Numbered from the stretch's first letter, positions 36,655 to 51,570 are shown. The stretch: DNA of 64,000 nucleotides from Anaeramoeba ignava BMAN (GCA_028826165.1 JAPDFW010000084.1:261614-325613); one strand, 5' to 3'. The notes: generated from the letters alone by a model not told the origin. Translations and numbers: made by a program.

Positions 36655-38175
36655 TAAAACAGAAATTCAAAACAGAAATTTATAATTAAATTTAAAACAA
36701 AATTTATAATTATATTTATAATTAAATTAATAATTAAATTTATATTTAAATTATTTCAAAATTAATAATTAAATTTAAAACAATTTATAATTAAATTAAT
36801 AATTAAAATTATAATTAAATTTATAATTAAATTAATAATTAAATTTATAATTAAATTTATAATCAAATTTATAATTAAATTTATAATTAAATTTATAATT
36901 AAATTTATAATTAAATTTATAATTAAATTTATAATTAAATTTATAATTAAATTTATCATTAAATTTAAAACAAAATTTATAATTATATTTATAATTAAAT
37001 TTATAATTAAATTTATAATTAAATTTATCATTAAATTTAAAACAAAATTTATAATTATATTTATAATTAAATTAATTAAATTTATAATTAAATTTATAAT
37101 TAAATTAATAATTAAATTTATAATTAAATTTATAATTAAATTTTAATAATTAAATTTATAATGAAATTTATAATGAAATTTAAAATTAAATTAATAATTA
37201 AATTAATAATTAAATTTATAATTAAATTTATAATTAAAATTTATAATAAAATTTATAATTAAATTAATAATTAAATATATAATTAAATTTATAATTAAAT
37301 TTATAATTAAATTTATAATTAAATTTAATTAAATTTATAATTAAATTTATAATTAAATTTATAATTAAAAATATTAAAATTTATAATAATTAAATTTATA
37401 ATTAAATTTATAATTAAAGAAATTTATAATTAAATTTATAATTAAATTTATAATTAAATTTATAATGAAATTTATAATTAAATTTATAATTAAATTTATA
37501 ATTAAATTTATAATTAAATTTATAATTAAATTTATAATGAAATTTATAATTAAATTTATAATTAAATTTATAATTAAATTTATAATTAAATTTATAATTA
37601 TATTTATAAATAAAAAGACTATAATTAAATTTATAATTTTTTCATTTAAAATTTTTAATTAAATTTTTATTTAAATTTTAATTAAATTTATAATTAAAAT
37701 TAATAATTAAATTAATAATTAAACCCATAATTAAATTTATAATTAAATTCATAATTATATTTTTATAATGAAATTTTATAATTATATTTATAATTAAATT
37801 TATAATTAAATTAATAATTAAATTTATCATTAAATTTATAATTATTTAGAACCAAAATTTAGATTTATAAATTTTTCATAAAATTTATAATTATATTTAT
37901 AATTAAATTAATAATTATATTTATAATTATATTTATAAATAAATTTATAATTAAATTAATAATTAAATTTATAATTAAATTTATAATTATATTTATAATG
38001 AAAAATTTTATATTTATAATTAAATTTATAATTAAACATATAATTAAATATATAATTAAATTTATAATCAAATTTATAATTAAATTTATAATTAAATTTA
38101 TAATTAAATTTATAATTAAATTAATAATTAAATTTATAATTATATTAATAATTAAATTAATAATTAAATTTAAAA
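36655..38175. repeat. Intergenic repeat (AATTAAATTTAT)n, same unit as HutI intron 3
   Basis: Seen directly between the HutI stop and PIG-Y. Confidence 0.95.
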
Positions 38176-38294
38176 CAGAAAGAATAAAGAAAAAGAAATT
38201 CATTTTTTCATTTTTTCATTTTTTCATTTTTTGATTTTTTCATTTTTTGATTTTTTCATTTTTTCATTTTTTCATTTTTTGATTTGGTTTAAAA

Positions 38295-38591
38295 ATGTAT
38301 AATCAAAAACATATTTTTAAAACAGGACCAACAATTCAATATGGAAAACCAGTTCATCATGTTGTTGCAAGAGGATATTTTATATTAGCGTGTTCAATTT
38401 TAGGATTTACTTTTATTATTTATTCACTTATAGTAAAAATTATTCCAGAACCAAAAGATCCAGATTTCTTATTTGAATTTTTTCATAATGATTGGTATTA
38501 TACTTTCCTTATTACCTTTATTGTTCATACTGTTTTTGTTTTCGTTTATTTTGAATGGCTTTCTTATGAAACTTTTACTAGAAATTCTTAA
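38295..38591 (+). CDS. PIGY: GPI-GlcNAc transferase subunit Y (PIG-Y/Eri1 family), 98 aa
   Basis: Two TM helices; GYFIL...DWYYTFLI...VFVYFEWLSYETF matches the family pattern D.YY..L......FVY.NW....F. Confidence 0.7.
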   Translation: MYNQKHIFKTGPTIQYGKPVHHVVARGYFILACSILGFTFIIYSLIVKIIPEPKDPDFLFEFFHNDWYYTFLITFIVHTVFVFVYFEWLSYETFTRNS

Positions 38592-38688
38592 AGAAAAAAA
38601 AAATTTTCTTTTATTAATAAATTCTTTTTAAATCAAAAAAGAAAAATTTATTTCAATTCATTTCAATTTAATTTTATTTTAATTTAGT

Positions 38689-41058
38689 TTAATTTAAATT
38701 TTTTTCATGTTTTTTATGATGTTTTTTATGATGTTTTTTATGATGTTTATGATGTTTATGATGTTTATGATGTTTTTTGTGATTTTTTTTTTCACTATTT
38801 ATTTGATTTTCATTTTGATTTTCAATTTGATTTTGATTTTCAATTTGATTCTGTTTTTGTTTTTGATTTTGAATTTGATTTTGAATTTGATTTTGATTTT
38901 GATTTTGATTTTGATTTTGATTTTTATTTTGATTTTGATTTTGATTTTGATTTTGATTTTGATTTTGATTTTGATTTTGATTTTGATTTTGATTTTGATT
39001 TTGATTTTGATTTTGAATTTGATTTTGATTTTGATTTTCAATTTGATTCTGTTTTTGATTTTGATTTTGATTTTCATTTTGATTTTGATTTTGATTTTGA
39101 TTTTGATTTTGAATTTGATTTTGATTTTCAATTTGATTTTGATTTTGAATTTCAATTTCAATTTGATTCTGTTTTTGATTTTGTTTCTGATTTTGATTTT
39201 GTTTTTGATTCTGATTTTGTTTCTGATTCTGATTTTGAATTTCAATTTCAATTTGATTCTGATTTTCAATTTTTGATTTTGATTTTGATTTTTGATTTTG
39301 ATTTTTGTTTTTGATTTGATTTTGTTTTTGATTTTGATTTGATTTTGATTTTTGATTCTGTTTTTTATTTTGATTTTGATTTTGTTTTTGATTTTGATTT
39401 TCTTTTTGTATTTTGATTTTTGATTTTTGATTTTGATTTTGATTTTGATTCTTGTTTTTGATTTTTTTGTTTTGATTTTGATTTGATTTTTTGTATTTTA
39501 TTTTTGTTTTTTGTATTTTTTATTTTATTTTTTGATTTTGTATTTTATTTTGTTTTTTTTTATTTTATTTTGTTTTTGTTTTTTATTTTGTTTTTGTTTT
39601 TGATTTTGTTTTTGTTTTTGATTTGTTTTTGATTTTGATTTTGATTTTTGATTTTGATTTTGATTTTGATTTTGATTTTGATTTTGATTTTGATTTTGAT
39701 TTTGATTTTGATTTTTATTTCTTGTATTTTTGGATTTGAGTTTAAACACTTTATTTGGTGTTTGAACTTGTTCTTGCATTAATTTTGCAAAAATCAATTG
39801 AATAGTATCAGTTCGAAAAAAATCTATAGAAGGAAAAAAAGAAATCTGTGAATCCGGATAAAAAATACGAAGAAAAATAATGATTCTTTCTGGAAAAAAG
39901 AACTTGAATTTTGAAAGTAAACGAGAATTAAATTGACTCCATTGAATTTCATTTTTTGGAGGAGGAAAATCACTCTCAAATAATTCTTCTTGAATTAAAG
40001 AACAAAGTGCTAATGAAGAAATAAGAAGAGTATTTGGAACACCAAGAAAAATCAAATCCAAAATAAACAAAGAAGTTTTCAAAGGAAACAAATGAGAAAA
40101 ACAAGTGATTAAACAATCCATAATAATTCCATGAAAAAATACTTGTCCAACTCCATCATTCAAATAAGGACGTAATTGAGGGAAATATTTCGATGCTTGA
40201 TCTCTTATGAATGTTATTGATTCTGATAAAAGAGGGAGTTTTTGATGATATAAATTCTGTAAAGAATATTTTTGCATTAAAAAATCTAAGAGCCAAAATA
40301 CTCGATGTTCAATTTGATCTGTTGATAAATTTCCTTTTTCCATATAACTAAAAACTAATAGTGATGAAATGTAATTTAATCCTTGGCAATATCCAATTTG
40401 TTCATTGTATGATGAATATGCGAGTAAAACTCTTTCTAAACTTCTTATAATTGATGTTTTTGTTTCTAGAATTATTTCTTTTTCATCTTCAATTTGAATT
40501 TGATTTTGATTTTGATTTTGATTTTGATTTTGATTTTGATTTTGATTTTGATTTTGATTTTGATTTTGATTTTGATTTTGATTTTGATTTTGATTTTGAT
40601 TTTGATTTTGATTTTGAAATTTTCATTTAAATTTTCATTTTGATTTTGATTTTGATTTTCTTTTCTTTTTGATTTTGATTTTGATTTTGATTTTGATTTT
40701 GATTTTGATTTTCATTTAAATTCGGTTGTAAATTTTCATTTAAATTTTGTTGTAAATTTTCATCTAAATTTTGTTGTAAATTTAAATTTGCTTTTATTTT
40801 TGCATTGGCTTTAATTTGCTCTAAAATTTCAGCAGAAATACTTCTTTTTGAATCTTTTTGAATTTTAGAGGCATATTCATTTTTACAATAAACAAGCGAT
40901 TCATAAATTTCATTCATAAAATCTTGTTGATAAATTGTTAATTCTAACCAAATTTGAAATCTATTTTTGTGTAGAAAACCTTCTTCTTTAATAATTTTAT
41001 CAAATAATTCTTTTTTAATTGTATCAGAAAGCAAATCAAAATCAAATTTCTTTTGCAT
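38689..41058 (-). CDS. TBC-domain Rab-GAP with (NQ)n insertions and a His/Lys-rich tail; frame broken within the repeats
   Basis: RFQIWLEL, IQKDSKRS (Arg finger), LERVLLAYSSYNEQIGYCQGLNYI (Gln finger), FWLL, LILDLIF. Two apparent 1-nt deletions at about 40615-40665 and noise at 39280-39650; C-terminus ...NHKKHHKHHKHHKHHKKHHKKHHKKHEKNLN*. Confidence 0.75.
38800..39720. repeat. (CAAAAT)n microsatellite, probably coding poly-(NQ)
   Basis: In frame with the TBC gene at both ends. Confidence 0.8.
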
Positions 41059-41179
41059 TTTTAAAAATTTTTAAAAGAAAAAAAATGAAAAAAGAAAAAA
41101 AGAAAAAAAATTTATTTTAAAAAATATTAAAATAAATCAATCCTTTTATTTATTTATTTATTTAAATTTTAATCTTAAA

Positions 41180-44100
41180 TTAAATCTTAGATAAATTCCA
41201 TTGAAAACAATTGCCATTTTCATCTCCAGAATACATATTTTCCAAAGTATCAGTTACAAATAAAGCAGTTACAGGAGAATTATGAGTTGTTTTAAAACAA
41301 CAAATAAAAGACAAATCAAAAGAATCCCAAGCAAATATTTTGCCCGAATACATTCCCGTCAAAACGACATTCTGAAAAACACCGACATTTCCATTAGTAA
41401 AAACAGCAGATTTGACAAGTTCTTGTTCTTCAAGTTCCACTTTTTTTATGAGTCGACCGTTGATTGTCCACAACTTTAACGAATTGATTTTTTTCTGAGA
41501 ATTCGAACATGAATCGAACGTTAAGATGTCGCCATTGCTTTTGTTAATTGCAATTGTTGAAATTGGGCCATCGCAACCGTCCAATTTATACAAACAGGAA
41601 AAATCATTCAAATCCCAAATGATTGCTGTTTTATCAGCCGAACCAGAAACAATGATATGGAAATCGGAAGAGCAAACAACACAGAGTATCGGCTGTGTAT
41701 GTCCGTACAAAATATTCCTGACATACATGTTAATAAACTTGTTCTCAATCGCGACCATTTGCCAAATTGTCAAAAAACATTTTGAGCCTCCTGTCACTAG
41801 AATTTTTTCTTTTGTTGAGGAATCGCAACAAATAATATGATCGTCAAAAGGGTTATCTGCGAAAAAAACAAGCTCTTCATCCAAAGTGTATATTCTTAAT
41901 GTTTGATCGGTATTTTTCCAAGTTGAATATATTGTTTTCATTGGATAAATAATGCACTGATTTTGGGACACTGCGATGATCCGATTTCCTAATAGAAACA
42001 GTTGCCCAATTTTGAATCCGAAGGCGCGATAGCTGGATGGATTTTGGTAGATCACTCTCTTCAGGAGATGATGCGTTGTGTCTTGGATTGTTTTTTTCAA
42101 GTCAGTTATTTTTTCGTTGGTAATAATGTTCTCACTTATTTTTTCATCGAATTCATTGAATGATTGATTTATTGGATTTTCTGTTTGATTATTAACATCG
42201 ATCTCTTCGATCTTGAGCAGAGATCTTGAGCTTGATTGTTTTCTCTCCATTTCTCTTTGTATTTTCTTGAATTTGCTTTTGGATTGATGGAGTGATTTGA
42301 ATAATTGCTTTGGTGTTTGTCCGAAATTCTTCAGCATTTTGATCACTCCTTGTCTTTCATTATCGTCTTGAATCAACTCGAAATCGGTGATTCCTTGGTA
42401 TGTATTTGGATGGAACACATTCACAGAATCAACTGCGGCTTGGCCTCTTTGTTTGAATCCGAAAATCAAGTCGATCCACTTATTCAAGTTGATAGAAATA
42501 TAATTGGATTCCAAAGCCATGAGTTGTTTATGAACAAAAAGTCTAGGGTCGTTATTGGCCCATTTGGGAAGAACAACATCGTCAACACGAACACCGTTTT
42601 GTTTTTTGCCGAAATCAAATCCGTTCAGATTAGTCAAGCAATCTGGAAGATAGAAAAATTCAGGAATCAGCTCTTTGATATCGACGTTTGACAAAGAAGA
42701 AGACATTTTCCAATTTCTTTCCATTGAGTCAAACAGACGATCCGGAAGATCAAATTGTCCCGATTGGAAATCAATGAGCAGCGAGGCAAAGGGCTCTAGT
42801 CTGACAAGAAAACCCAATACAGAACCAATATTTGAATAATGAGTTCCGTAATGAAACGGCATTGTTCCGGTTTCCTTGAGATCATTGTATTTCGAAACGA
42901 ATCTCTGCATTCGTTCGTGATCTAATGCTCCCATAGGCTTGGATACGTTGCGGAAAGTCGATTCATTTGTGATGTCAAGTACTTCCGAGTTGTAATCAGC
43001 AATCACATTCGGAAAAACTGGATATTGAGCGAGATCATTTGCGGATCTTCCTGCTAATGTGTTTAAATGCATCAAATACTCAAAGTTGCTCATCTTGTCT
43101 TTGATCCACAATTTTTGTATTTTGCTCACTGAATATTCTTGTTCGTAATCAAAGTAGTTTTCAAGTGTGTTTTTGAAAATTTCCTCAATTATTTCTTCCC
43201 TTTTTTCTCTGTTTTCAAAAGCAAAAAACATTGTTCTTCCTGATGTCAGAAATATTTCAACCGCAATATCTTTCAATAAATATTTTATTCTGTGGATTTG
43301 CTCAATTTCTTGATATCCAATTTTAAAGTGATTTCTTGCCACTTTTTTGAACAAATCCAGCGAAAATTCCCCTTCTTTCTTCATCAACTTCTTGATGAAA
43401 AGATGGATCCCTTTGTCTGTGAATATGAGCTTGACAATACTATCTGTGTAAATTGTGATCAATTTACAGTGGAATATTTTCTTCTTCGTTTCATTTGTTG
43501 GAATGTAGTATTTTTTCTTTATAAAATATCTTGCCAATTGTTCAAATTCTGGTCTTAATGTAGGAATGGGAATATCATTGATCTCTTTCATTATTCTTGA
43601 TGAATATAATTCCTGATCCTCTCCTTGTTTGAGTTCTTGCTTTCTCAACTTCTTCATGTTTCTTTTGTTTTGAAACTTAATTTTCTCGTTGGAAGAACAT
43701 GAATCATTTTCTGAGGAATAATTTTTGTCTTTCAAAGAAGAAACAAACCCAATTTTCACACTAACATAATGCGTTGTTTCAGGTTCTAAATCAAATTTAT
43801 TTATATAATTAATTTCTCTGATATTTTTGGCTTGAATCTTGATTTTCACTGTAACTCTTAATTTTTCTTCTTCATCTCTAAAATTTTCACTTTCATTTTT
43901 TTGATTTTGATTTTGATTTTGATTTTCAATTTCAATTTCATTTTCAATTTGTAAATCGTTGCTTTTCGTCTTTCGGAAAATAAACGGTGAATTAAATTTA
44001 ACATCATGTGAACTAATATCATCTCCTAAATTCAAAAATAATTTTCTAATTCTCATTCTTTTTCTTTGAGTGCATTCAGCATCATCCAAAAAGAATAAAG

Positions 44101-47100
44101 TCAAGAAAGACTCGTTTTTCCAAACACTCCCTTCTTCTTGACTCCAATAAATGATTTCCTCCCATTTTTTGGGAATTTCCTTTTCTAATAAAATACTTTT
44201 TTCCAGTTCTGCAATTCTTCCAAACGATAATTTATAAAACTTGGAATCAAACATTTCTTGTGATTCAGCAATTTCTTGTCCAAAATATTGTCTGTATGAA
44301 TTTTGGTTTTGTTGCGGATTTTGTGTAAAAAACAAATAATCATCATAGAAATTCTTCTTCTGATTCTCATATCTTTCGTGCAAAGTATTAAAGCTTGTCT
44401 TGATCATACTTTGCAAACTTGGCAAATCAATTTTCTCGATTGTGATTGGTGTATTTGGTGGATTTTTTGTAATTTTTTCATTCAAAATTTCAGTTATTTT
44501 TTCATCTCTAATCAGATAATTATAAAGAAATTGGATTTTTTGTTGTATTTTTTCATCATGTAAAGAATTGATAAATGCACTGATAACATGATAAAGAAAT
44601 GTAAGTGCAAATTGTTCATGTAATCTTATTGATAATAATATATTCGGATGACCTGCTGCAAAGTTGATCACAGAATTTTGTAAAATTGGGAATTTACTCA
44701 GATTGATAAAATAAATAATAATGTTAATTATTTGGTTGAGAACCACTCTTCTTTTTTCGATTGGATACAATTCAGATTTTTCAAATTCTGTGAAAATTCT
44801 CAAAATTGATTGAATAAAAAACATATCAAAATCTACTGGATACGAAGTTTTATCTGCAAATGAAAATTCTTTTTCTGTCCAAAATATTATTAAATTTGTA
44901 GATAATTGAACAAATTCAATGAAGTTATCGAAAAATATTTCTTTTTTTTCATTTTGATTTTGATTTTGATTTTGATTTTGATTTTCTTTTTCATTTTGAT
45001 TTTGATTTTCTTTTTGATTTTCTTTTTCTTTTTCATTTTCATTTTGATTTTCATTTTCATTTTGATTTTGATTTTCTTTTTGATTTTGATTTTCTTTTTC
45101 TTTTTCTTTTTCTTTTGAATCCATAACCAAAATTCCATTTATTTTCAAAAATAAATCACCAACACTAATCAAAATGAATTGCTGAAGAAATCGAACTTTC
45201 AAAGTTGGAATTTCAAAATTTCGACTTCCAAAAACAAATACTATTCTTGAAACTACATTTTGGAATCCATTTGGAACCTGAATTGCATTTTCGCAAATGG
45301 AAATTAAAAATGCAAATGCCTCTTTCTCAATATCAGTTTTCAATCCTTGTTTGATATTGAGTAGAAATTTATTTCCCAAATCACTTCTTTTATGATTTCT
45401 ATTTTTTGAATCATCTTCACTTTTTTCATCTGTTTCAATTTCAACACTTGAATTTTGCTCTTTTATTGAAACAGAAATTTGTTCATTCATTGATTCATTT
45501 TCGTTCATAAATTCTTCATGAATCACAATATCCACAATTGTGTAAACCAACTCAATTTCCATAAATGAAATTTGGAGAGATTCGTTTTTTTGGTATAAAT
45601 CCTTAATTGTTTTTAAAATATGATTCTTGATTGCAAACTCATCCGAATATATTATCATTCCTAACAATATTGGCGACACCTTTTGAGTAATCAGCAAAGA
45701 TCCAAACATTTCATCCACTAAAGCTAAAGAATACGGCTTTTTTTTCAAGTAATGAGTCACTAAATAGCATCCTTTTTTGTGAAGAAAACGAGATCTAAAT
45801 GATGGTGATTTTAAAAATTCTTTCATCAACTTAACAAGTTCAATTCTTACTTCTTCAGCATTATGAGAAAGTAAAGGATAAAAAAATTTTGGATCCAAAT
45901 TATCCAAAAATTCATTTGTATTTTTTTTTTGGATCATATTTTTGCGGATCAAATTGGATAGTGTTCTGATCAAGAAAATTTGAGATTGACTCTGATAGGG
46001 TTTTAATTCTTTGAGAAAAATTCTTTGTTTTGATTCATCATTACTCCCATGATAAGGAATATAATATTTTCTTTGAGGTTGGATATTTTCAATTTCAATT
46101 TCAATTTTAATTTCATTTTCATTTGTATTTTCATTTGTATTTTCATTTATATTTTCATTTGTATTTTCATTTTTGTTTAAATTGGTTGAATCAGAATTGC
46201 TTTTAGATTGTTGAATTATAAAAGATTCCTCATAATGAAAAAGTAAAATGAAGTTGAATATTTTTTCTACATCTCTTGATTTAATCGCAATTATTTCAAT
46301 AATTTTCATTACTGAAGAAAGTAAAGAAGTTGGAAATGTTAAATCTTGATCTAATATTTGTAAAATTTTTGTGAGGAAATTGGCGCTTCGGAATATGGAA
46401 ATATTAAATTTAGCAACTTCATCATTTGAAGAAATTAAGGAATATAAACTGGAAAATAGACTAATTTTAACGTTATCAGGTGCTCTTTTCCATATTTTCC
46501 AATTGATTATTAAGTGATTAAAAGCATTTATATTTTTAATTATCCCAATATTGAAAAGTTCATTTCCATCATTTTCATTATTATTTTCATCAAAAATATT
46601 TTCATTATTTTCATCAGATTTTAAATAAACATCTTCTAAATTTACTCTGTGTAATTTTTGATTTTTTGAAATTCCACAAATTTTAAAGCAAATTGATAAA
46701 GTCTCCATATTGACAATCCACAAATTATTTTCCAAAAGTCTTTTGAGTAACAAAAACACATCCATACCAAGAAAATCATGCTGATTGTTGAATAAAATTC
46801 TGCTGATAAAAGTGTGCAGAAGATGTAAAGATTCAATTTGGAATTTTGGTTTCCTGAATAGACATGTCGAAATGAAATATAGAATCAATTTGATTCCACC
46901 AAGAGAAATGACTGAATCGCAACCATGACAAAAACGCTTTGTTTGCACATATTCGTTTGAGTTTTCCCTTTGGTTGTAAAATGAGGTTAATAAATCACTT
47001 TGACTATCATGAATAATTGGACCTTTTATTGAGATGAGAGCGATTGGAGTATTTGCTGTATAAACAAAAATCAAGCTATTACGAATTTCAGCTAATTCGT

Positions 47101-50100
47101 AATCTGATAATTTACATAGTCCATTTGCGAAGTAATGGGCGACTTTTTTATAATTATGTGAATTGATGAAATGGTAATAAATGTGGTTTTCCAAAGATTT
47201 TTCGAATGTTTTGGTGTAATTTGGACCGACTAAATAAAGAGATAACACTTTTTTTGCGTTCAATGGCTCTGAAAAAACAAAAAGACTTGAAAAAAGCCAA
47301 TATCTCTTCTGAGATTTAATTGGGGTTAATTTTCTTTGTGATGTATTCAAAGATTTTTGAGTAGAATTGGCTCTTTCTTGTAATGTAATTGTTGATTCTG
47401 TGAATAGAAATTTTTCCTTTTGGTTTTTTGGATCGTGAAAGTCAACAAATTGAAATTGAGAGGTTTCGATATCAGAATGAGGATTTTTAAGGAAGAAAAA
47501 GCCTCCGCCAACTGAAATTAATTTACATTTTTTCAATTCATTTTCAAAACTGATATTAATGGTATATGATTTGATGTGGTTTCCGTTCACAAAGAAATCG
47601 ATACTCAATTGAGATTCTTTTTTAAATTCGAAAATAAGTGAAACTTGGTACCAATAATCAGGTTTGAATTGAAAAGTCTTAAACAATATGCAATATTTCT
47701 GGTCGAACATTTCCAGATAAATTTTCTTCTGGTAAGTGAAGAATATTCTGATAAAAGCGGATGAGTTGAGATCATGGAAAGATAATAATTGGATTGATTT
47801 GAAATTGTTTTTGTTGAGTGAATCAATTGCTCTTTGTGTTGGATTAAACCAAAAATAAAACGAGAATCCTTTAGATGAAAAGGATATTTTCTCAGAAATG
47901 GGGAATTCAATAATTCCTGTTTTTTTCTTGTCTTCAACAAGGATTTTTCTGACATAAGATGGTATTATTTGATGTTTGCATATTTGGGTCAATCCTTTCA
48001 AAATGGTGAATGGGAAATGGGGTGGCTTTTAGTAAGTATAGAAAATCCTTCATTTCTTTTGGAATAATTTTATATTTTGCAAGATTGATGATCATTTGCA
48101 TGAATTTAGATTGAAGAGGATGACTTTCGTCTTCAATTATCCATTTAAATTGGTTCAAAATGTGAGAAATTATTCTCTGAGAACTTAAGTGTTTGCTATT
48201 AACTTCGAAGTTCTCAATCAAATAAATGATGTCATCCAAGACGTTTTCAACAACATTCATTTGTATAGCTTGTTTTTCCATTGGTTTTGATAATAGTAAT
48301 AAAAGTAGTTTGATGATATCTGGGTATTTGACAACGAATTTAGAATGAGGATCACGTAAAGGATATGAAGGAAAGGCTATTTCTGTGATGGAAATGAAAG
48401 GGTTTGATTCAGAATCAAAAGATATTTTGTTCAATATTTCCGAGTAAATATTTTGAGGATCGAAGTTATTATTTTTATTATTATCATTCAAATTTTCTTT
48501 TTGATTTTGAATTTGAATTTGATTTTCTTTTTGATTTTGAATTTGATTTTGATTTTCTTTTTGATTTTCAAATTGATTTTGATTTTGAATTTGATTTTGA
48601 ATTTGAAGTTGATTTTGATTTGGATTTGGATTGTTATATTTATTAAAAGGATCTAAATTTCTTATTTTGGGCTTTATTCCTCCTCCAACAGATAAATTTA
48701 GAAATGTTTCTGCAAGCAATTCTGCAAATGGGGAATAAAACAGTTTTGTCAATTCAATTGATTCATAAAGAGATTGGAATTGCAATTCGTTGATAAACAA
48801 TTTCTGGTTTTCAATGTTATCTTTGAGCACAACAATCATTGTGCGAAAGAGAACATCGATAATCATAAAGGCTGAATATTCAATTTCTCTTCTGGCATTT
48901 TGTTTTAAATTTTCATCCAAATTCACAATTTTTTCCTTTTCCAATTTGATTGATTTGCCAATCACATGAATAACTGAAAAAGCCCAAAAAAAGCCAATAT
49001 TGAAGTTATTTTTCAAATGAGGCAATTCTCGGAACAAGATTGTTAAAGAAGCCAAAATATCTATTCGTGTCAGAAGTAAATTTCTTTCTAAAGATGAAGA
49101 ACTTCCTGAGAGTTGCAATAACATCAGTAAGTCTTCGAATATTTTCTCTGATTCTTGCTTTGATGAATGAATACATACTTCAATAATAACTTTCAACAAA
49201 GACCATCTTGTTTTTGAAGAAGAAACCAAATCATAGAGCATTTGGAATCCCTGAACTGATTGAAATTTAATTCTATTTTGTTGGTTATTTTTCAATAGTA
49301 ATGCAATTAAATGAAAGACAGAATAATCTCCTGAATTAAATTCAATGAATTTAGTTTTTATTTGAGATGAATTTGGATCATCATCTTTATTTTGATTATT
49401 TTCATTATTTTGATTATTTTGATTATTTTGATTATTTTCATTATTTTGATCATTTTCATCATTTTCATCATTTTCATCTTGATCTTGATCTTGATCAGAA
49501 AATTTTTGTTTTAGAATTTTTTTCAAAATACTTGAAATAACCTCAATTACTCCAGCTTCTTGGAGTTTGTCATCAAAACTTGGATATTGCAAAATTAAAG
49601 AGATCATGTGTTCAGATACTTTCCTGACAATTTGAGGGTTTTCATTAAGCAAAACCCTACAATATCCAAAAAGTTGAGTTGAAAGATCGTAATGGAAAAG
49701 AACAAATTCAAGAATTTTTAGCGTTTTGTCCTGGTTTTCGCTATCGAGTTTGGGGAAAACTTTGAATAGAAAATTCAAAACATTTGTGTCTTGAAGGAAA
49801 AGGAAATTTGCAGGATGCTCTGTAAGGATGATTTCGATGACTCTGAGCAAAAAGCCTTCAATCCCCCAATTGAAAGAATCTGGGAAGTAAATATCCAGAA
49901 TGATTTGGAAAGCATCAAAATTTCGAACGACTTTGTATAGTTTTTCCTTGATTTGAAGTTCAAGCAGTAAATCATTGATTTTGGGGTTTTGAGTAAAGTC
50001 CTCATCATCAAATGGACTTGAGGAGAATTTGGGGGTCATCATTGAAGTGAGACTTATAATTTGTGTGAAAAGGGAGTTTTTGTCACATTCAAGATTAGTT

Positions 50101-51227
50101 GGTTCGCCTGATTGGGACGATTTTATAAGCTTTGAAGAACCAAGAAAAACAAATTGAGCCAAGCAATTGATGGTTTTGAGAAGATATTTTTTTCTTTTGG
50201 AGAGGTTTTGCAAGTTTCCGATGAACACGATTGATTCAAATAGAGTTTTTAGTCCAAAATTTTGTTCAAATTCGTTGAAGAATATGAGGGACCATTTGGA
50301 TTGCTGATGCAAAAGAACAAGAATCAGTTCAAAAATATCAACAACAACACTTAGTTTTGGTTCCGAGTTGAAGTTTTCTTCAACAATATAAAGTAGATGT
50401 TCGATAAAGGATATTTTGTAGTGTATTTTTGATTGAGGCACTTGCAAGAGGGTATTTTTGAAAGGGATGAAAAATATTCTGAGAAGATATCTGATAATTT
50501 GACTTGGAAGATCCAAAAAGATGATATGCAATAACGCAAGAAGATTTCTTGGTTCCATCATTTGGCTCAAGGCCTTTGGATTTTGAAGTAAGTTGTTTAA
50601 TATTTCTATGATGAAGATGATTGAGTTTTGTGTTTTGAATTTATTTTGATTTGAATTTTTCTTGAAACTTGTTTTCGAATCATCAACAGCCTTTCTTTTT
50701 TGCTTGTTTCGGAATGATTTAGCAAGAGATTCGAATTCAACAAACGGAGGGAAAGGCTTATTCACAAGAGATTTGAATTTTGGGAAATGATATCCTTTTA
50801 CAAAAATATTTTTTTGATGCTTTAAATTGGTGAATATTTGAGATTTAGAAGATGATAATAGTAAATTAATAAAGGCAGTTGGATATGATTCTAGACATGG
50901 ATTCTCTTGAGTTATTGGTAGAATTGATAATGTTTTCAAAAGCAAGTGAATTAAATTTTTTGAGAGAAATTTATCATAAAGAATTTCAGTTTTGATATTT
51001 TTTCTTGATGATAAAAATAAGTTTAGTTTTGAATAGAAAATTTTAAAAATTAAATTATAAAGAGTTGAAGTTTCTCCAAATTGGAGTTCAATTAATTGTT
51101 TGTTTTGGTTTTCAAATTTAAGAATGAATTGTTGAAGAAAATTTTTAAGATGATTTTTTTGTGTTTGAGGATTTTGAGATTTTAGGAAATTATTCCATAA
51201 AGAATGTAATTGAAAAATTTCCATCAA
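41180..51227 (-). CDS. LYST: LYST/LvsB-like BEACH protein (ConA-like, PH, BEACH, WD40), ~3350 aa, intronless, split by a +1 frameshift near 48010-48025
   Basis: SNFEYLMHLNTLAGRS, QYPVFP, HYGTHYS, KELIPEFFY, WIDLIFG, GQTPKQLF; LYST-like PKWANNDPRLF and NVFHPNTY. ORFs 47934-51227 and 41180-48001 overlap out of frame. Confidence 0.85.
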
Positions 51228-51570
51228 AAATGAATTAAATAAAAAAATAAAATTAAAAAAAAAGAAAAATAAATGAAAAAAAAAATGAAAAATTAAAATT
51301 CAAAAAAAAATTAAAAAAAAAAAAATTTTTTTCTGTTTAATTTTGTTAAAAGGAAAACCAAATCAAAAGAAAAAAAGCAAAAAGAAAAAAAGAGAAAAAG
51401 AAAAAAAAAAGAGAAAAAGAAAATTTGTTGAAATTTCTGTTTTTGGAATTTCATTCTTTTTGATTTGATTTGATTTGATTTAAAATTGTTCTGAAAAGAT
51501 TAAAGATTTCTTTTTTAAAAAATGTTTTAAAAAATGTTTTAAAAAATGTTTAAAAAATTGTTTTAATTTC

